64,000 bases of DNA from Octopus sinensis (GCF_006345805.1 NC_043003.1:8246001-8310000), one strand, 5' to 3'; shown: positions 1 through 12,423, numbered from the stretch's first letter. Program-made: numbers and translations. Notes: generated by a model from the letters alone, not told the origin.

Positions 1-9
1 ACCATTGGT

Positions 10-165
10 AATAATTCTTTCTTATGTTTGACGCAAACTTAGCAATTTTGAGATGAGGGGGTGTAGCGGATTACGTCGAACCCACCGTACATCTAGTTGC
101 TATTTTATCGACCACGAAGATGAAAGATAAAGTCGACCTCTGCGGAGTTTGAACTCAGGATGCAA
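10..165 (-). mobile_element. Degenerate SINE family A copy
   Basis: Reverse complement carries the B-box-like TGAGTTCAAACTCC and a decayed GTCGACTTT..CTTTCATC core shared with about 15 other copies. Confidence 0.7.
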
Positions 166-167
166 AG

Positions 168-375
168 CCTGCTCGGTTGAAGGAGGGCGGTGGGGCAATA
201 ATCACTAAATACTTGGCTTATAGACGGATCCATCCAACACATGATAGCAGTTGTTCGACATAAACCAGAAATGCCAGGAAGACACTGACCGAGTGCGTGC
301 AGAACGGTTTACTCAATTTGTGGGCACCCTGGACAAGCTCGTGTGATAGCACATCCGTGCCTGCAGAGCATATGG
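168..375 (-). mobile_element. L1/Tx1-clade LINE ORF2 C-terminal fragment (zf-RVT-like), pseudogenised
   Basis: Manual minus-strand translation: CRHGCAITRACPGCPQIE*TVLHALGQC / VYVEQLLSCVGWIRL*AKYLVIIAPPPSF; the CxxC..H...C motif is typical of the L1/Tx1 ORF2 C-terminus; contains stops and a frameshift. Confidence 0.6.
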
Positions 376-606
376 CGATTTAAATAAGAGTTTTGACTGT
401 TAATTCCAGCAGGTAGACATACTTAGTATTTCATTTGATTAATTTTAATCCTTCAGCTATTTTTTCGGGGGCCCGCAATCGCCTGTATTAATTGATTCTG
501 TTTTTACCATTTATAAAATATTACACTAGATAATAACAAATGATATCTTCTCAAATTAATTTTTTCGTAAATTATTCGTCTCCTGAAATATTTGCTCCGT
601 GTCGAA

Positions 607-639
<33 letters not shown>

Positions 640-660
640 CTATATATATATATATATATA

Positions 661-950
661 TATCAACAATTGAGGGTAAAATTAATTAATTAATCAATTT
701 CACCAAGTGTTCAGTATGTAAAAGACCATTTAAGGCGAATTCAAAATATTACATTATATAATTAGGGCTTAGTAAAATAAATTACTTTGCCACATACTGA
801 ACTTAGTAGAAATAGCAGCCAAAAAAAATTTTCTTAGCATTTCTACTACTTAAAGAAAATTTCTCTCAGATAATGTTTACTCCAGACAGCCCACGAAGGT
901 TTGGGGGTAAATACAGAAAAATATCACAAATACATAGATCGTTTGAGTAC
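661..950 (-). mobile_element. Truncated 3' end of the (TA)n-associated Penelope-like/retrozyme-like family
   Basis: Minus strand has GGCTGCTATTTCTA, CACTTGGTG and a terminal TACCCTCAATT next to (TA)n, motifs shared with 1221-2376 and 59278-61062. Confidence 0.55.
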
Positions 951-957
951 GTCAACG

Positions 958-989
<32 letters not shown>

Positions 990-991
<2 letters not shown>

Positions 992-1194
992 GGAGAGTTC
1001 ACGGAAAAAAAAAAAGACGAAGACAGGTGGTGTAGAAAACAAACAGATGTATTATTATAACGCTCAGGAATTGAAAAAGTCTTTTACGTTTGGAGCCTAT
1101 GCTCTTCTACAGAAAGGGGCACAGAAAAAATAAGAACAGAAACAAGGAGAGAAAATAAATGTGTGTAGTGGCTACCGATCTATCATGGCGACTG

Positions 1195-1195
<1 letters not shown>
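990..1195 (-). mobile_element. Minimal-HHR repeat family (A6U core), copy 1
   Basis: Homologous to five other copies; HHR-like motif at 1080-1116, with G12 mutated in this copy. Confidence 0.7.
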
Positions 1196-1225
<30 letters not shown>

Positions 1226-1464
1226 TAAATGAGGGTGAAAAATCGATATTAATTTAATAATACCGTCAATTTAACACCAAGTGGCTTAGCACAAAAAACT
1301 ACGGAGGAAATACAAATTTATACATAAATTATTAGAGAGTTATCCACTATGTGGATAACTCTAGTGCTAAAAATAGCTCCGAAGCAACCACAGAGATCCG
1401 TTTCCAACTAGAATCAACACACATTTAACTGAAGGAAAGTGAATACAACGAATAAAATAGATTG

Positions 1465-1540
1465 ACTCTATACAATTGTTTCATTACTAATGCAATATGT
1501 AGTTTTACTTACACTTGCATCTATAAATCTTCGGTAGAGT
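1465..1540 (-). ncRNA. Type I hammerhead ribozyme (U4C core variant)
   Basis: Minus strand: stem I ACUCUA/UAGAGU, core CCGAAGA, long stem II (AUGCAA/UUGCAU etc.), GAAA, palindromic stem III ACAAUUGU, GUA site with predicted cleavage between 1471 and 1470. Confidence 0.75.
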
Positions 1541-1955
1541 TTGTCAGAAATGCAATTAATTAGATCGATTCGGGCGTCAAAAACACGAGCGGTCCAACCA
1601 ATTACATTTTTAGTTATGTCTCAAATTCCGCGCCAAAAGCATGCCTAGACTCCATTGGAAACGTATGCCGCATCAAATAAAATATTGACTGCCGCGTAGT
1701 TAAATTTATAAAATTATAAATGAGGGTGAAAAATCGATATTAATTTAATAATACCGTCAATTTAACACCAAGTGGCTTAGCACAAAAAACTACGGAGGAA
1801 ATACAAATTATACATAAATTATTAGAGAGTTATCCACTATGTGGATAACTCTAGTGCTAAAAATACTCCGAAGCAACCACAGAAGATCCGTTTCCAACTA
1901 GAATCAACACACATTTAACTGAAGGAAAGTGAAATACAACGAATAAAATAGATTG

Positions 1956-2030
1956 ACTCTATACAATTGTTTCATACTAATGCAATATGTAGTTTTACTT
2001 ACACTTGCATCTATAAATCTTCGGTAGAGT
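1956..2030 (-). ncRNA. Type I hammerhead ribozyme, second tandem copy
   Basis: Same as 1465-1540 except for a 1-nt deletion in stem II. Confidence 0.7.
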
Positions 2031-2399
2031 TTGTCAGAATGCAATTAATTAGATCGATTCGGGCGTCAAAAACACGAGCGGTCCACCAATTACATTTTTA
2101 GTTATGTCTCAAATTCCGCGCCAAAAGCATGCCTAGACTCCATTGGAAACGTATGCCGCATCAAATAAAATATTGACTGCCGCGTAGTTAAATTTATAAA
2201 ATTATAAATGAGGGTGAAAAATCGATATTAATTTAATAATACCGTCAATTTAACACCAAGTGGCTTAGCACAAAAAACTACGGAGGAAATACAAATTTAT
2301 ACATAAATTATTAGAGAGTTATCCACTATGTGGATAACTCTAGTGCTAAAAATAGCTCCGAAGCAAGCAACCACAATTTATGTATATATATATATATAT

Positions 2400-2431
<32 letters not shown>

Positions 2432-2481
2432 CATATATGTATATATATATACGCATATATGCAAGTGCGTATGAGCGTACG

Positions 2482-2525
<44 letters not shown>

Positions 2526-2588
2526 GGTAAAACAGGTCAGTTTATCACAAATTCTTTGTATGTAAACTCCTAACTATATCTCCTTCTG

Positions 2589-2653
<65 letters not shown>

Positions 2654-2983
2654 CCACCAAAATATGACCTTTTTGAACTTAGAATTTTTTGTCTGTATAT
2701 ATAGATACTTCCAACAAACATGATTTTTAATGAAATCCTAATATTTTCTCAAGATTTTTCCTTGTAAACTGTTTTAACATTTTTTTTTATTATTATCAAA
2801 GAATGTATATATGTATTGTCACTTTTTATGACAACACAACAAAGTTTTTACAAAGCTTTTACATTTTACTTTTGACAATCTTTTTCTAAAAAAGTGAAAC
2901 CGGTCAAGTGAATAAACACCTTTTAAAATTGCATTTTCAAACCTTCTTTCATATATATTTTTTTCTGGTTCTCGTAGTAATTA

Positions 2984-4107
2984 TCAGGTCATCACATAAG
3001 TTCTGTCCGAATTTTAAATAAAGAAAACAAGTGATCAAATGTGATATTTAATTGAACTTTAATCATTAATGTACTTTCCCTGGTTATCTATGACTTCCTT
3101 CCATCTATTTACAAGCTTTTTAATCCAATCAATGTAAAACCCTTTTGGTTTCAAAGCGAAGAACTCTAAAATGTCAGTTCTTACCTCCTCCTTGCTTGCG
3201 AAAGTAATGTCCCCCAAATGATTCTTTAAACTACAAAACAAATGGTAGTCTGCAGGAGTAAGGTCGGGAGAATAAGGTAGATAAGGAATTTTTTTCCCAG
3301 CCAAGCTCTTCAATCTTCTCTGATGTGATCTTTGCAGTGTAGGGTGGCGCATTGTCCTAGTGAAACATCACTCCTTTTCAATTCACAAAACCGTGTCATT
3401 TTTTCTTCAAAGCTTGGTTCAAATGCTCTAAATGCTGACAGTAGACTTGAGCATTGATTGTTGCATTAGGTGGTAACAATTCAATGTGAATTACTCCTTT
3501 GCAATCCCACCAGATAGAGAGTAGAACCTTATTTCCTATGAAGTTCCCTTCTCGATTGTGGTTGAGCTTTTTCCCTTTTATCAAGCCACTGTTTACGACG
3601 TTTAACATTACGATAGAAGATCTATTTTCCGTCATCAGTCACAAGTCTATCCAAAAAGGGTGAAATGAGTCCGCGAGAATGGAGAGAATAGCAGATAAGC
3701 CTCAAGGAGCTTATCATCAAACTCAACTGGACGTCCTGTTCGATCTTCATCTCCAAGGCTGAAATCTCCGCTTCTGAATTTTGCAAGCCATCTGCAAGTT
3801 CTTTCATTCAAGCATTGTTTCCCATAAACTGAGTGTATGTTTCGACTCCCTTCGGCTGCAGAGTTTCCTTTTTGTACCCAAAAAGCATTATGTGCCTTAA
3901 ATACTCTTTAGATACTTCCATGTTAGAAAGGGCTTTAATCATAGAAATTTTAATTCTATTATTCTGTAAAATAATATTTAATTAGCTTATGCATATACAC
4001 AAATGCATAAAAATAATTTTTAATTCCAGTAGACATTCTAAAATACTATTAAATTTCATTCAATTTTAAAAAAGGTAAAATAGGACAGAACTTATGGGGT
4101 GACCTGA
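2984..4107 (-). mobile_element. mariner DNA transposon, internally deleted
   Basis: TIRs TCAGGTCATCACATAAGTTCTGTCC / GGACAGAACTTATGGGGTGACCTGA with TA on both sides; transposase remnants inside. Confidence 0.93.
3059..3921 (-). pseudogene. mariner transposase pseudogene
   Basis: Fragments MEVSKEYLRHIML..., FLDRLVTDDGK, LLSIWWDCKG, PYSPDLTPADYHLF..KYIND; frameshifts; WVPHEL region missing. Confidence 0.92.
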
Positions 4108-4459
4108 TATAATAAACGTCATAAAGTTCATACAGGCGAAGCCGTCCTATTTACTTTGCTACTGAAATATCGTTGCTGTTTTTATGTAACGCTGTATATG
4201 GAAATCCAGATTTCGCTTCCTTAAGATTCACACAGCATACACTACATATAATCAAGATATCATAAATATGAGAGGAGAATTTTACATTTTCCAGACGCAT
4301 TAAATTCCCATTAGTTTTCAATCCGACACGTGTTTCGTCTGCATAAACATGTAACGGTGTGAAAGCTAATGTGAATTTAATGACAACAATAATATAATAA
4401 ATGTTTGGAAGACATGTACTTCTCCATTCTTCATTATCATATACATTTCTATGTATATA

Positions 4460-4496
<37 letters not shown>

Positions 4497-4499
<3 letters not shown>

Positions 4500-4578
4500 C
4501 TGCTCAAGGTACCACGCTGTGGGACTGAACCGGGAACTATGTGTTTGGGAAGCAAGCTTCTTACCACACAGCCATATA
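4497..4578 (-). mobile_element. SINE family B 5' fragment
   Basis: Matches the head of full copies (GGCTGTGTGGTAAG...GGTTCAGTCCCAC). Confidence 0.75.
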
Positions 4579-4669
4579 CATGTGTATGTGTGTGTGTGTG
4601 TATATATTTGAGTATGTATGTATGTAATCGTATATATATATGTGTGTGTGTTGTGTATGTGTGTGTGTT

Positions 4670-4708
<39 letters not shown>

Positions 4709-4804
4709 ACAAATGTATGTTTATGGAATGTGGCAAATTGTTCGAAACGAATTTAAAACAACTGCCAATAAAATCTATGATCGTGTAGCTTTCTAAAGAA
4801 ATAT

Positions 4805-4978
4805 ATGTGAGAGAGAGAGAGAAAGAGAGAGGGGGGTGAGAGAGAATAAGAGTGAAACAGAGAGAGAGACACAGAGAGACAGAGAGAGAGACAGAGAGGG
4901 AGAGACAAAGACAGAGAGACAGAGAGGGAGAGACAAAGAGTGAGAGAGAGAAGAGAGAGAGAGAGAGGGAGAGAGAAC
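4805..4978 (+). repeat. (GA)n/(GAGACA)n compound microsatellite
   Basis: Direct reading. Confidence 0.9.
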
Positions 4979-6124
4979 GTGTGCATGTATCTGTGTTTGT
5001 GTTTCAATGAGTATTTGCTTGAATGTGTGTACGTGTGTGTGTATATGTGCGTGTATGTGTCTGTGTACAACTTTCATACTGAAGAGACATGTATCCCAGT
5101 TTAGACATTGCACTTGACTTACCCTGGGATCGACAACAATGTCCCAGTTCCTATTTCTGTTCATTTCGGGTCAGCAAGATCAAATCTTCATTCACGGATT
5201 GATGCTGCTAGCAAAGCACAAGGAAGATGAAAAGAAAAGAACACGTGATTTTTGATTTTATATATTTTACTTGTGATTGGAGCAAATTGCTTACATCGAC
5301 TTCCATAAACACACGCTAAAGAATGAGAAATGAACAGAAAAATGGATGAATAGACAGAAAAGAACCCGAGGAAGAAGAAAATAACAGATTGAGCAAGAAA
5401 TAGAGTGAAATTATTCAAAAGCAATCGGTCATATTTTTGGAAATTGAAGCCTTGCATTATGTATTCACTATCTTTAGCAACGCCATTCAAGCTGGCAGCC
5501 GACACAAGAAATTGATTACTTGCATAGAAGATTCTAGCGGCTAATATAATTGTAATAAAATATGAGACCCATTTAGTTTCTGTAGTAAAATTTTCAAAGA
5601 AAATGTAATTTCTATTCTTGAATAAGGAACAGCATAGAAGCAGTATGTTTAATATTCTATTCAAATAGTTTGCCACTAGTTTGTGCTTCCTATATCTGAG
5701 TTTCACATTTACGTTAAAGCTATTTATGTAGTTTTTATTTCCTCAAACACTATCTCGGTATTTTCTCCCGTGTATTTTAGTATTTTAAACATCATTGCTT
5801 TTCCATTCGGTTATCTTTGAATGAGAATGTCTCTGGAAGTGAACACTGACTTGTGTTCGACTTTATTTCCTTTAACATCAAATAAGGAAATATTGAACTC
5901 TCTTCATTCACATTTTGTTAGATGTTATTATTACAATGATTATCACGTTGCCACAGTGGTAATTGGAGGGCTTCCAAGGAATTGACTCGCTAAAATCTTG
6001 TTTTGTACTCTGCAGCATTTGCCTACACAAGCTATAATCTCATCGGTGGTCAATCCGTAAATCTCATGGTATATTTTCATATCTATAGAAACAATAAATT
6101 CTTAAGAGATATTAATTCCTAGAT

Positions 6125-6335
6125 AGAATATGGGTTTCAGTTTGTGGCACACGGCCAGAGGTTTCGAGAGAGATGTTAAGCTGCTTACATCAACCCTAGT
6201 GCTCAACTGGTACTTATTTTATCGATGGCGAAAGGATAAACGGCAAAGTCGTCCTCCCCAGAATTTGAAACTCAGTGAGTAAACACGGACGAAATGCTCT
6301 CGCTGTGCAAATGTTTCTTCCATTCTGCCGCCTTA
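6125..6335 (-). mobile_element. Degenerate SINE family A
   Basis: Head and core motifs on the minus strand. Confidence 0.75.
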
Positions 6336-6757
6336 TATGCACAATGTCACACGTTAATTGAGAGATATGTAATCTTTAAGGGACATAACGAAATGCATGA
6401 CGGAATTAGGCTCACATGCTACCATTTTTGCCATTTACCAATGATTTGACGGAGTAACTGATCTTTCTAATTTACTCACGTAATCTTTCATAAATTATAG
6501 AGTTTACGGTAATAATCACTCTTTCATCTGAACGCTTATTACAATCAGAATGCAAATCCGATCACAGCTTTGTCTCCAATTAATAACGGATAGATAAAAT
6601 GAAAAAGATGCAATAAAATCCAATTTTCTTTATCTTTTCTGTAATTTGCTCCTGAAAAGTTTTCTTAAAGCCTTTTTCTCATCTACCAAGTGTTATTAAC
6701 TTATAACTATAAATAGCTCATTATTTAAACATTCTTTGTTTATATATATATATATAT

Positions 6758-6932
6758 GGCATTCCGTCAGTTACGACGAAGAGTTGATCCAAACAATGGA
6801 ACAACCTGCGCACGAAATTAACGTGCAAGTGGCTGAGCACTCCGCAGGCACGCGTAACCTCAACGTAGTTCTCAGTTAGATGTAGCGTGACACATACTGT
6901 GACAAGGCTGGTCCTTTCAAATGCAAGTACTA
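6758..6932 (-). mobile_element. SINE family E 3' part
   Basis: Homologous to 47125-47300 (TTAACGTGCAAGTGGCTGAG..CTCC). Confidence 0.75.
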
Positions 6933-6934
6933 CG

Positions 6935-7427
6935 TATGGCCTTTAGATCGTGGGCTAAATACGTTAACTAATAAGCCACACCCGTCCGCGCGCGCACACA
7001 CACACACACACACACGCGCAAATAGCTGGTACGAATTTAATCGACCCCTGAAAGGATGAAATGCAAAGTCGGCCTCGGCAGAATTTGAACTCAAAACATA
7101 ACAGCAGACGAAATAGCGCATAGCATTTCGCCCGGCGTGCTAATGTTTCTGCCAGCTCGCCGCCTTACGATAATCTTTTCTACACTTGGCACAATGCTCG
7201 AAATTTTAGTTAGGGAGGCCAGTTGATTACATCGACCTCGGTACGCAACTAGTACTTAATTTATCGACCCAGAAATGGTGAAAGGCAAAGTCGGCATCGG
7301 CGGAATTTGAACTCAGAACGTAACGGCTGACGAAATAGCGCATAGCATTTCGCCCGGCTTGCTAATGATTCTGCCACCTCGCCGCCTTACGATAATCTTT
7401 TCTACTCAAGGCACAAAGCCCGAATCT
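6935..7427 (-). mobile_element. Tandem SINE family A copies (short-tail form)
   Basis: Two copies with ~222-bp period ending GCCGCCTT at 7166 and 7388, plus a third tail fragment. Confidence 0.85.
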
Positions 7428-7639
7428 AATCAGTTCGTGCTAGTCACAAGGCCAAACATCCCTGAAAGTTTCATCCGAATACATCAAGCAGTTCTTCAGA
7501 TATCTTGTCCACAGACAAGCAAACAATCACGACTGAAGACAATACATCCACCTTCGTTAAGGCGGAGGTAATGATACTGAACAAGTTTTTCTAGAATTTG
7601 ATCATAAAAGCAAAGAACTTAAAGCTATGTATCATAACA

Positions 7640-8620
7640 ACATATATAGTAGTAATAATTCTGAATACATAAATGAGAAACAATGGAAGGCGTTAAAGTC
7701 AATATAATAGTTGGTAACTAAAACATCAGTAATAAAATTTTAAAAAAATATACTAAACAACATACCCAATTTATGAATATAATTAACTGAAAAATAGATA
7801 GCCTTAATGAGAATTTTAATAAAACAACATTATATAGTTAATTGTACCATTCTCTAAACAAATTAATAGTAATTTAATTAAAACTTTTTACAGAATTATA
7901 TCCAAGTAATTTACTGCAGAAAATTAAAATCACGAGATAGTCAACACATATTTGGTAAAATTTGGTTTCTCTGTCTCACTTAATGTTTCTCAAATTATTT
8001 ATTCACTTAATAATAAAAAATTTAATAGTTTCTGTAACAATAGAAATATATGCAATATTGATTTCCCGCAGGGCAACCAAAATATTTCCAATTTTAATAT
8101 GCGTAAATTTAAATCTCCCAATAGAGAAAGGGAGGTAACCCACGTAAATTCCATTTTACGGGGTGGGGGTGGGGGAGATATTAGTGCTACTGACATGAAT
8201 AGTATCGACTGCAGATTTATGGGGGAAAATAAAATTATTGGTTGTAATTGCAAATTTAAAGATAAATATCCTTTTGGAAACTTTTTCAAACGAAACAATG
8301 TAGTATATAGATGCAGGGTACAAACTGAAAGACTTTATTATTACATTCAATCAATAGGAAATTTTATTAAGCAAAGAATTGCCTACCATGAAAACTCATT
8401 TAGAAAGAGGAATAAATCTACCAGCAGCACTGTAAGTAAGTTTATCTGGGAATAAAAGGAGGAAAATAAGGAGTTTAACCTAACGTGGGAAATTATGAGC
8501 CAAGCTAGGTGATAAGCTATTAATGACACTCATTATAAGTTTTGTATTGATGAACTCTTCCAAATTATAAAATCTAAACACAAGTTTTTTGAGAGTAAAT
8601 GCGAAAAAGGTTTATTATGC
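7640..8620 (+). mobile_element. Penelope-like retroelement remnant (RT thumb/linker plus GIY-YIG endonuclease)
   Basis: GCNCKFKDKYP..NVVYRCRV..YYYIQ..FIKQRIAYHENSFRKRNKSTSSTVSKFIWE*KEENKEFNLTWEIM matches the PLE GIY-YIG pattern (CxC...VY...Y(I)G...R...H..SF...S.LS..IW); upstream ILNNIP and SLNV motifs. Confidence 0.8.
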
Positions 8621-8791
8621 ACGCATTCATATAAATTTGTATTTAAAAACTATAAATGAAATTAAAATTAAATTAAAATGTAGATTAAGATATAAATTGA
8701 ATAATTTAATAGATATAAATATGCAAAGTACAATTAGAATAAGATTATATGTGAAAGCAAAATAAAACATAATAACATAATTAAAAAATAG

Positions 8792-8794
<3 letters not shown>

Positions 8795-8847
<53 letters not shown>

Positions 8848-9039
8848 TGATAATAATATAATAATAATAATAATAATGATAATAATAATGATAATAATAA
8901 TAATAATAATGATATAATAATAATGATAATAATAATAATAATAATGATAATAATAATAATAATAATGATAATAATAATAATGATAATAATAATAATAATA
9001 ATAATGATAATAATAATGATAATAATAATAATAATAATG

Positions 9040-9079
<40 letters not shown>

Positions 9080-9092
9080 TAATAATAATAAT
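8795..9092 (+). repeat. (TAA)n microsatellite with TGA interruptions
   Basis: Direct reading. Confidence 0.97.
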
Positions 9093-9562
9093 ATATTGAC
9101 TCTCAAAAGAGTTTCATGGATATTGTGCGCACGGCGTACCTGACTGTACCATGTATACGCCACAAAACAAAACAAAAAAACTTTTAATGAAACAATTGTG
9201 GAAGTACCACATAACTCATTCGTCTGATTTTCATTTTGCTTTTAAGTTACGCTCAAGGTTCCATTCCTTTTTGGGTACCATTAGAGTAGCGAATTACCAA
9301 ACAACTGTGGATTTATCTTCACCGATACATTCCAAACTGTCAGAATGGAATGGTAAACTCTGATTTACGCCGTTCTGTGTTGCTCTTAATTGTGGCCTGC
9401 TCGGGTCTGTTTGTCTCGATATTTCATGAAACCTTTTAATTAATTAATCCTCATTATATGAACGCACGCACATACATATATATATAATATATATATACAT
9501 GCATATATTATACACACATATATACATACAACACACATACACACACACACACACACACACCA

Positions 9563-9616
<54 letters not shown>

Positions 9617-9649
9617 CACACACACACACAATATATATATATATAAAAC

Positions 9650-9681
<32 letters not shown>

Positions 9682-10254
9682 AAGTAGTTTTAATGAGAGT
9701 ATTACTTTAATCTGAGTTGGAATCAGCATCAGAATGTTAATAATCCTGTCTTTGCGAAATATTTCTTGTATTAATCTCCCTCCCTCTCTCTCTCTCTCTC
9801 ACACACACCACACATACACACACACACACACACACCACACATACACACACACACACAAACACATACACTCACACACACTCACACACATACGCACACATAC
9901 GTGCGCGGGCACACAGACACACACACACACACACAAACAGACACAAACAGACACAAATCTGTATCGTTAGTGATAACGATGTAGCTGCTCTGGCAGGACT
10001 TAGCGATCATGTGAATTACAATAATGGTAATGATGTCAATCACTGCCGGTGAAACCAGGCAAACGGGAGAAGAGATAAGGAGATGCTTATGCAAAATGAC
10101 AGAGAGAAAAACGATAGCACAATTAATATCAATGTCCATGGAACCCGGAATAATAATAGTTATGACAATGCTATTTCTCTTCGGCCCAGACATATGCATT
10201 GTTCATGTGTTATGTGCGTATCATCATCATGGTCCTCCTCATCATCATCATTAT

Positions 10255-10840
10255 TTCTTCTTTTTCTGTTTCAGTCATTTGACTGCGGCCATGCTGGAGC
10301 ATCGCCTTTAGTCGACAAATGGAGCCCAGGTCTTATTCTTTGTAAGCCTAGTATTTATTCTATCAGTCTCTTTAGCCGAACCGCTTGGTTACAAGGACGC
10401 GAACACACCAACATCGGTTGCAGTTGTCAAGCGATTGTAGGAGGACAAACACAGATACACAAACATATACACACAAATACACACACATATATATATACGA
10501 TGGGCTTTTTCCTGTTCTGGAGTACCACCTTTAGTCGAACAGAGCGAGCCCAGGGAATATTCTTTGTAAGCCTAGTACTTATTCTCTTGCTCTCTTTTGT
10601 CGAACCGCTAAATTACGGGGACGTAAACATAACAACATCGGCTGCGAAGCGACGGTGTGGGGACAAGCACAGACCAAGTACATACATACATGTATATATA
10701 TATATATGTATATATACTTACATATATATATGACAAGCTTCTTTCAGTGGTCGTCCGAGGCTATAGTAGAAAGCACCAGCCCAAGGTGCCACGCAGTGGA
10801 ACTGAACCTAGAACCATGTAGTTGGGAAGGAAGCTTAGGG
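10255..10840 (-). mobile_element. Two adjacent partial SINE family B copies
   Basis: TTTCAGTCATTTGACTGCGGCCATGCTGGAGCA...GAACCGCT blocks repeated twice. Confidence 0.85.
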
Positions 10841-10856
10841 TTTTGTCTCTAATTTA

Positions 10857-10908
<52 letters not shown>

Positions 10909-11109
10909 TGTGTGTTGTGTTGTGTGTGTGTGTGTTTTGTTTATGTAAATATTGTTAAATACATATTGTACTGTATATGTTTTGTGTATTTTCCGGTGGC
11001 TGCAATAACGTAGTAGACTATATAACTCCCATGTCGCCGATGCTGAGAGTGTTGGACATCGATGTTTCACCATTTTAGTGGCTTGCGATATGTCTTTGTT
11101 TTGTGCGAG

Positions 11110-11183
11110 TGTGTGCGCGCGTGTGTGCGCGCGTGTGTGCGCGCGTGTGTGCGCGCGTGTGTGCGCTCGTGTGTGCGTGCGTG
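11110..11183 (+). repeat. (GTGTGTGCGCGC)n 12-mer tandem of alternating purine-pyrimidine
   Basis: About 6 copies by direct reading. Confidence 0.9.
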
Positions 11184-11490
11184 GAAGGTTTTAGTTTGTA
11201 ATGGTTGACTATATGTCAGTTTATTTGTATTTTATCCTCGTAGTTTCATTACTCTGGAGATATTGGTAGTGACTGGTGTCTGAATGGGTAGGGGAATTTC
11301 TTCTTCATTAAATTTTCTATTGAATTTGTGTGTCCCATAAGAGCGTCCTTCTATTGTGTATACTGCTGCTGTAACCTGTCAAAATGCACAACCGTTCCAA
11401 TATGAGAAAAAGTATTTTTTTGCATTTCAGCGTTCTTTATTGAGTAAAGTTATTTCTGTAAATCATATTAATAGATTGTAGATGCTTCCA

Positions 11491-11495
<5 letters not shown>

Positions 11496-11543
<48 letters not shown>

Positions 11544-11549
11544 CATCTA

Positions 11550-11585
<36 letters not shown>

Positions 11586-11607
11586 TTCTCTCTCCTCTCT
11601 CTCTCTA

Positions 11608-11610
<3 letters not shown>
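11496..11610 (+). repeat. (TATC)n then (CT)n microsatellite
   Basis: Direct reading. Confidence 0.9.
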
Positions 11611-11648
<38 letters not shown>

Positions 11649-11880
11649 TATATAATTATATTATATAAAAAATAAAAGGTAAATTTTTTTTTATTTTTCA
11701 TTCCCTTCGAAAATGCTCTTAAAATGTGGTTTTGGTCGTTTTTGACTGCTTCTCCTAGCGTGTAAAAATTACCTATTGAAGGTATTTTCTCTTGTGTTTA
11801 AATGTACAATATTTTATATACATATACATACATACATACATACATACATAGGTATATATATATATATACATATATATATA

Positions 11881-12337
11881 TGTGCTAGAAACACCAGCGA
11901 TAATAATTAATTTTATTTTATCGCATTTTGACTTTGTTTACATATTTCTCGATAAATTTTGAGCGTTAGACTATATACCAGAAATCCCTAGTTTGTCGGG
12001 TACGTTCTGCGTCTGCGCAGTGATCTGATTAGTTAGAAAGAGCAAATTAGTAGACGCACATGTGTCTATTAAGATGCGATTTCAGAATAACAGGGATCTT
12101 ACTGACGAGTCACCCTGAGTAAATAAATTATTTTTATTGCTGAAAAAGACGAAACTGCAGTATAAGATGAACCGAGTTAGCAAAAGTTTTTATTTTCATT
12201 TCACTAAATTTATCAAGCTTCTGTGTATCTAGCACATACTTCGCCTTTTAATGTACTTATATATGAATAATATATGGCCTGTGCTAGAAACACCAGCGAT
12301 AATAATTAATTTTATTTTATCGCATTTTGACTTTGTT

Positions 12338-12338
<1 letters not shown>
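11881..12338 (+). mobile_element. Retrozyme-like element: 399-nt monomer with 59-bp terminal direct repeat
   Basis: TGTGCTAGAAACACC...GACTTTGTTT at 11881-11939 and 12280-12338; (TA)n flanks; internal HHR. Confidence 0.75.
12096..12168 (+). ncRNA. Type I hammerhead ribozyme (canonical core)
   Basis: Stem I AUCUUA/UAAGAU, core CUGACGA (12102-12108), stem II GUC/GAC with an extended hairpin, GAAA (12151), stem III ACUGCAGU, GUA site with predicted cleavage after 12162. Confidence 0.85.
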
Positions 12339-12377
<39 letters not shown>

Positions 12378-12423
12378 TAGATATATAATATATATACACA
12401 CACACCCCACACACCACATATTA

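Larger units (their letters stand above)
1221..2376 (-). mobile_element. Retrozyme-like tandem array: about 2.4 copies of a ~490-nt non-coding monomer
   Basis: Units start at 1221, 1713 and 2202; near-identical apart from 1-nt indels; flanked by (TA)n; one HHR per full unit. Confidence 0.8.

Noticed and set aside
5123-5207. Minus-strand exon-like segment with a polypyrimidine tract and GTAAGT donor
   Set aside because: All three frames contain stops, and there is no other support
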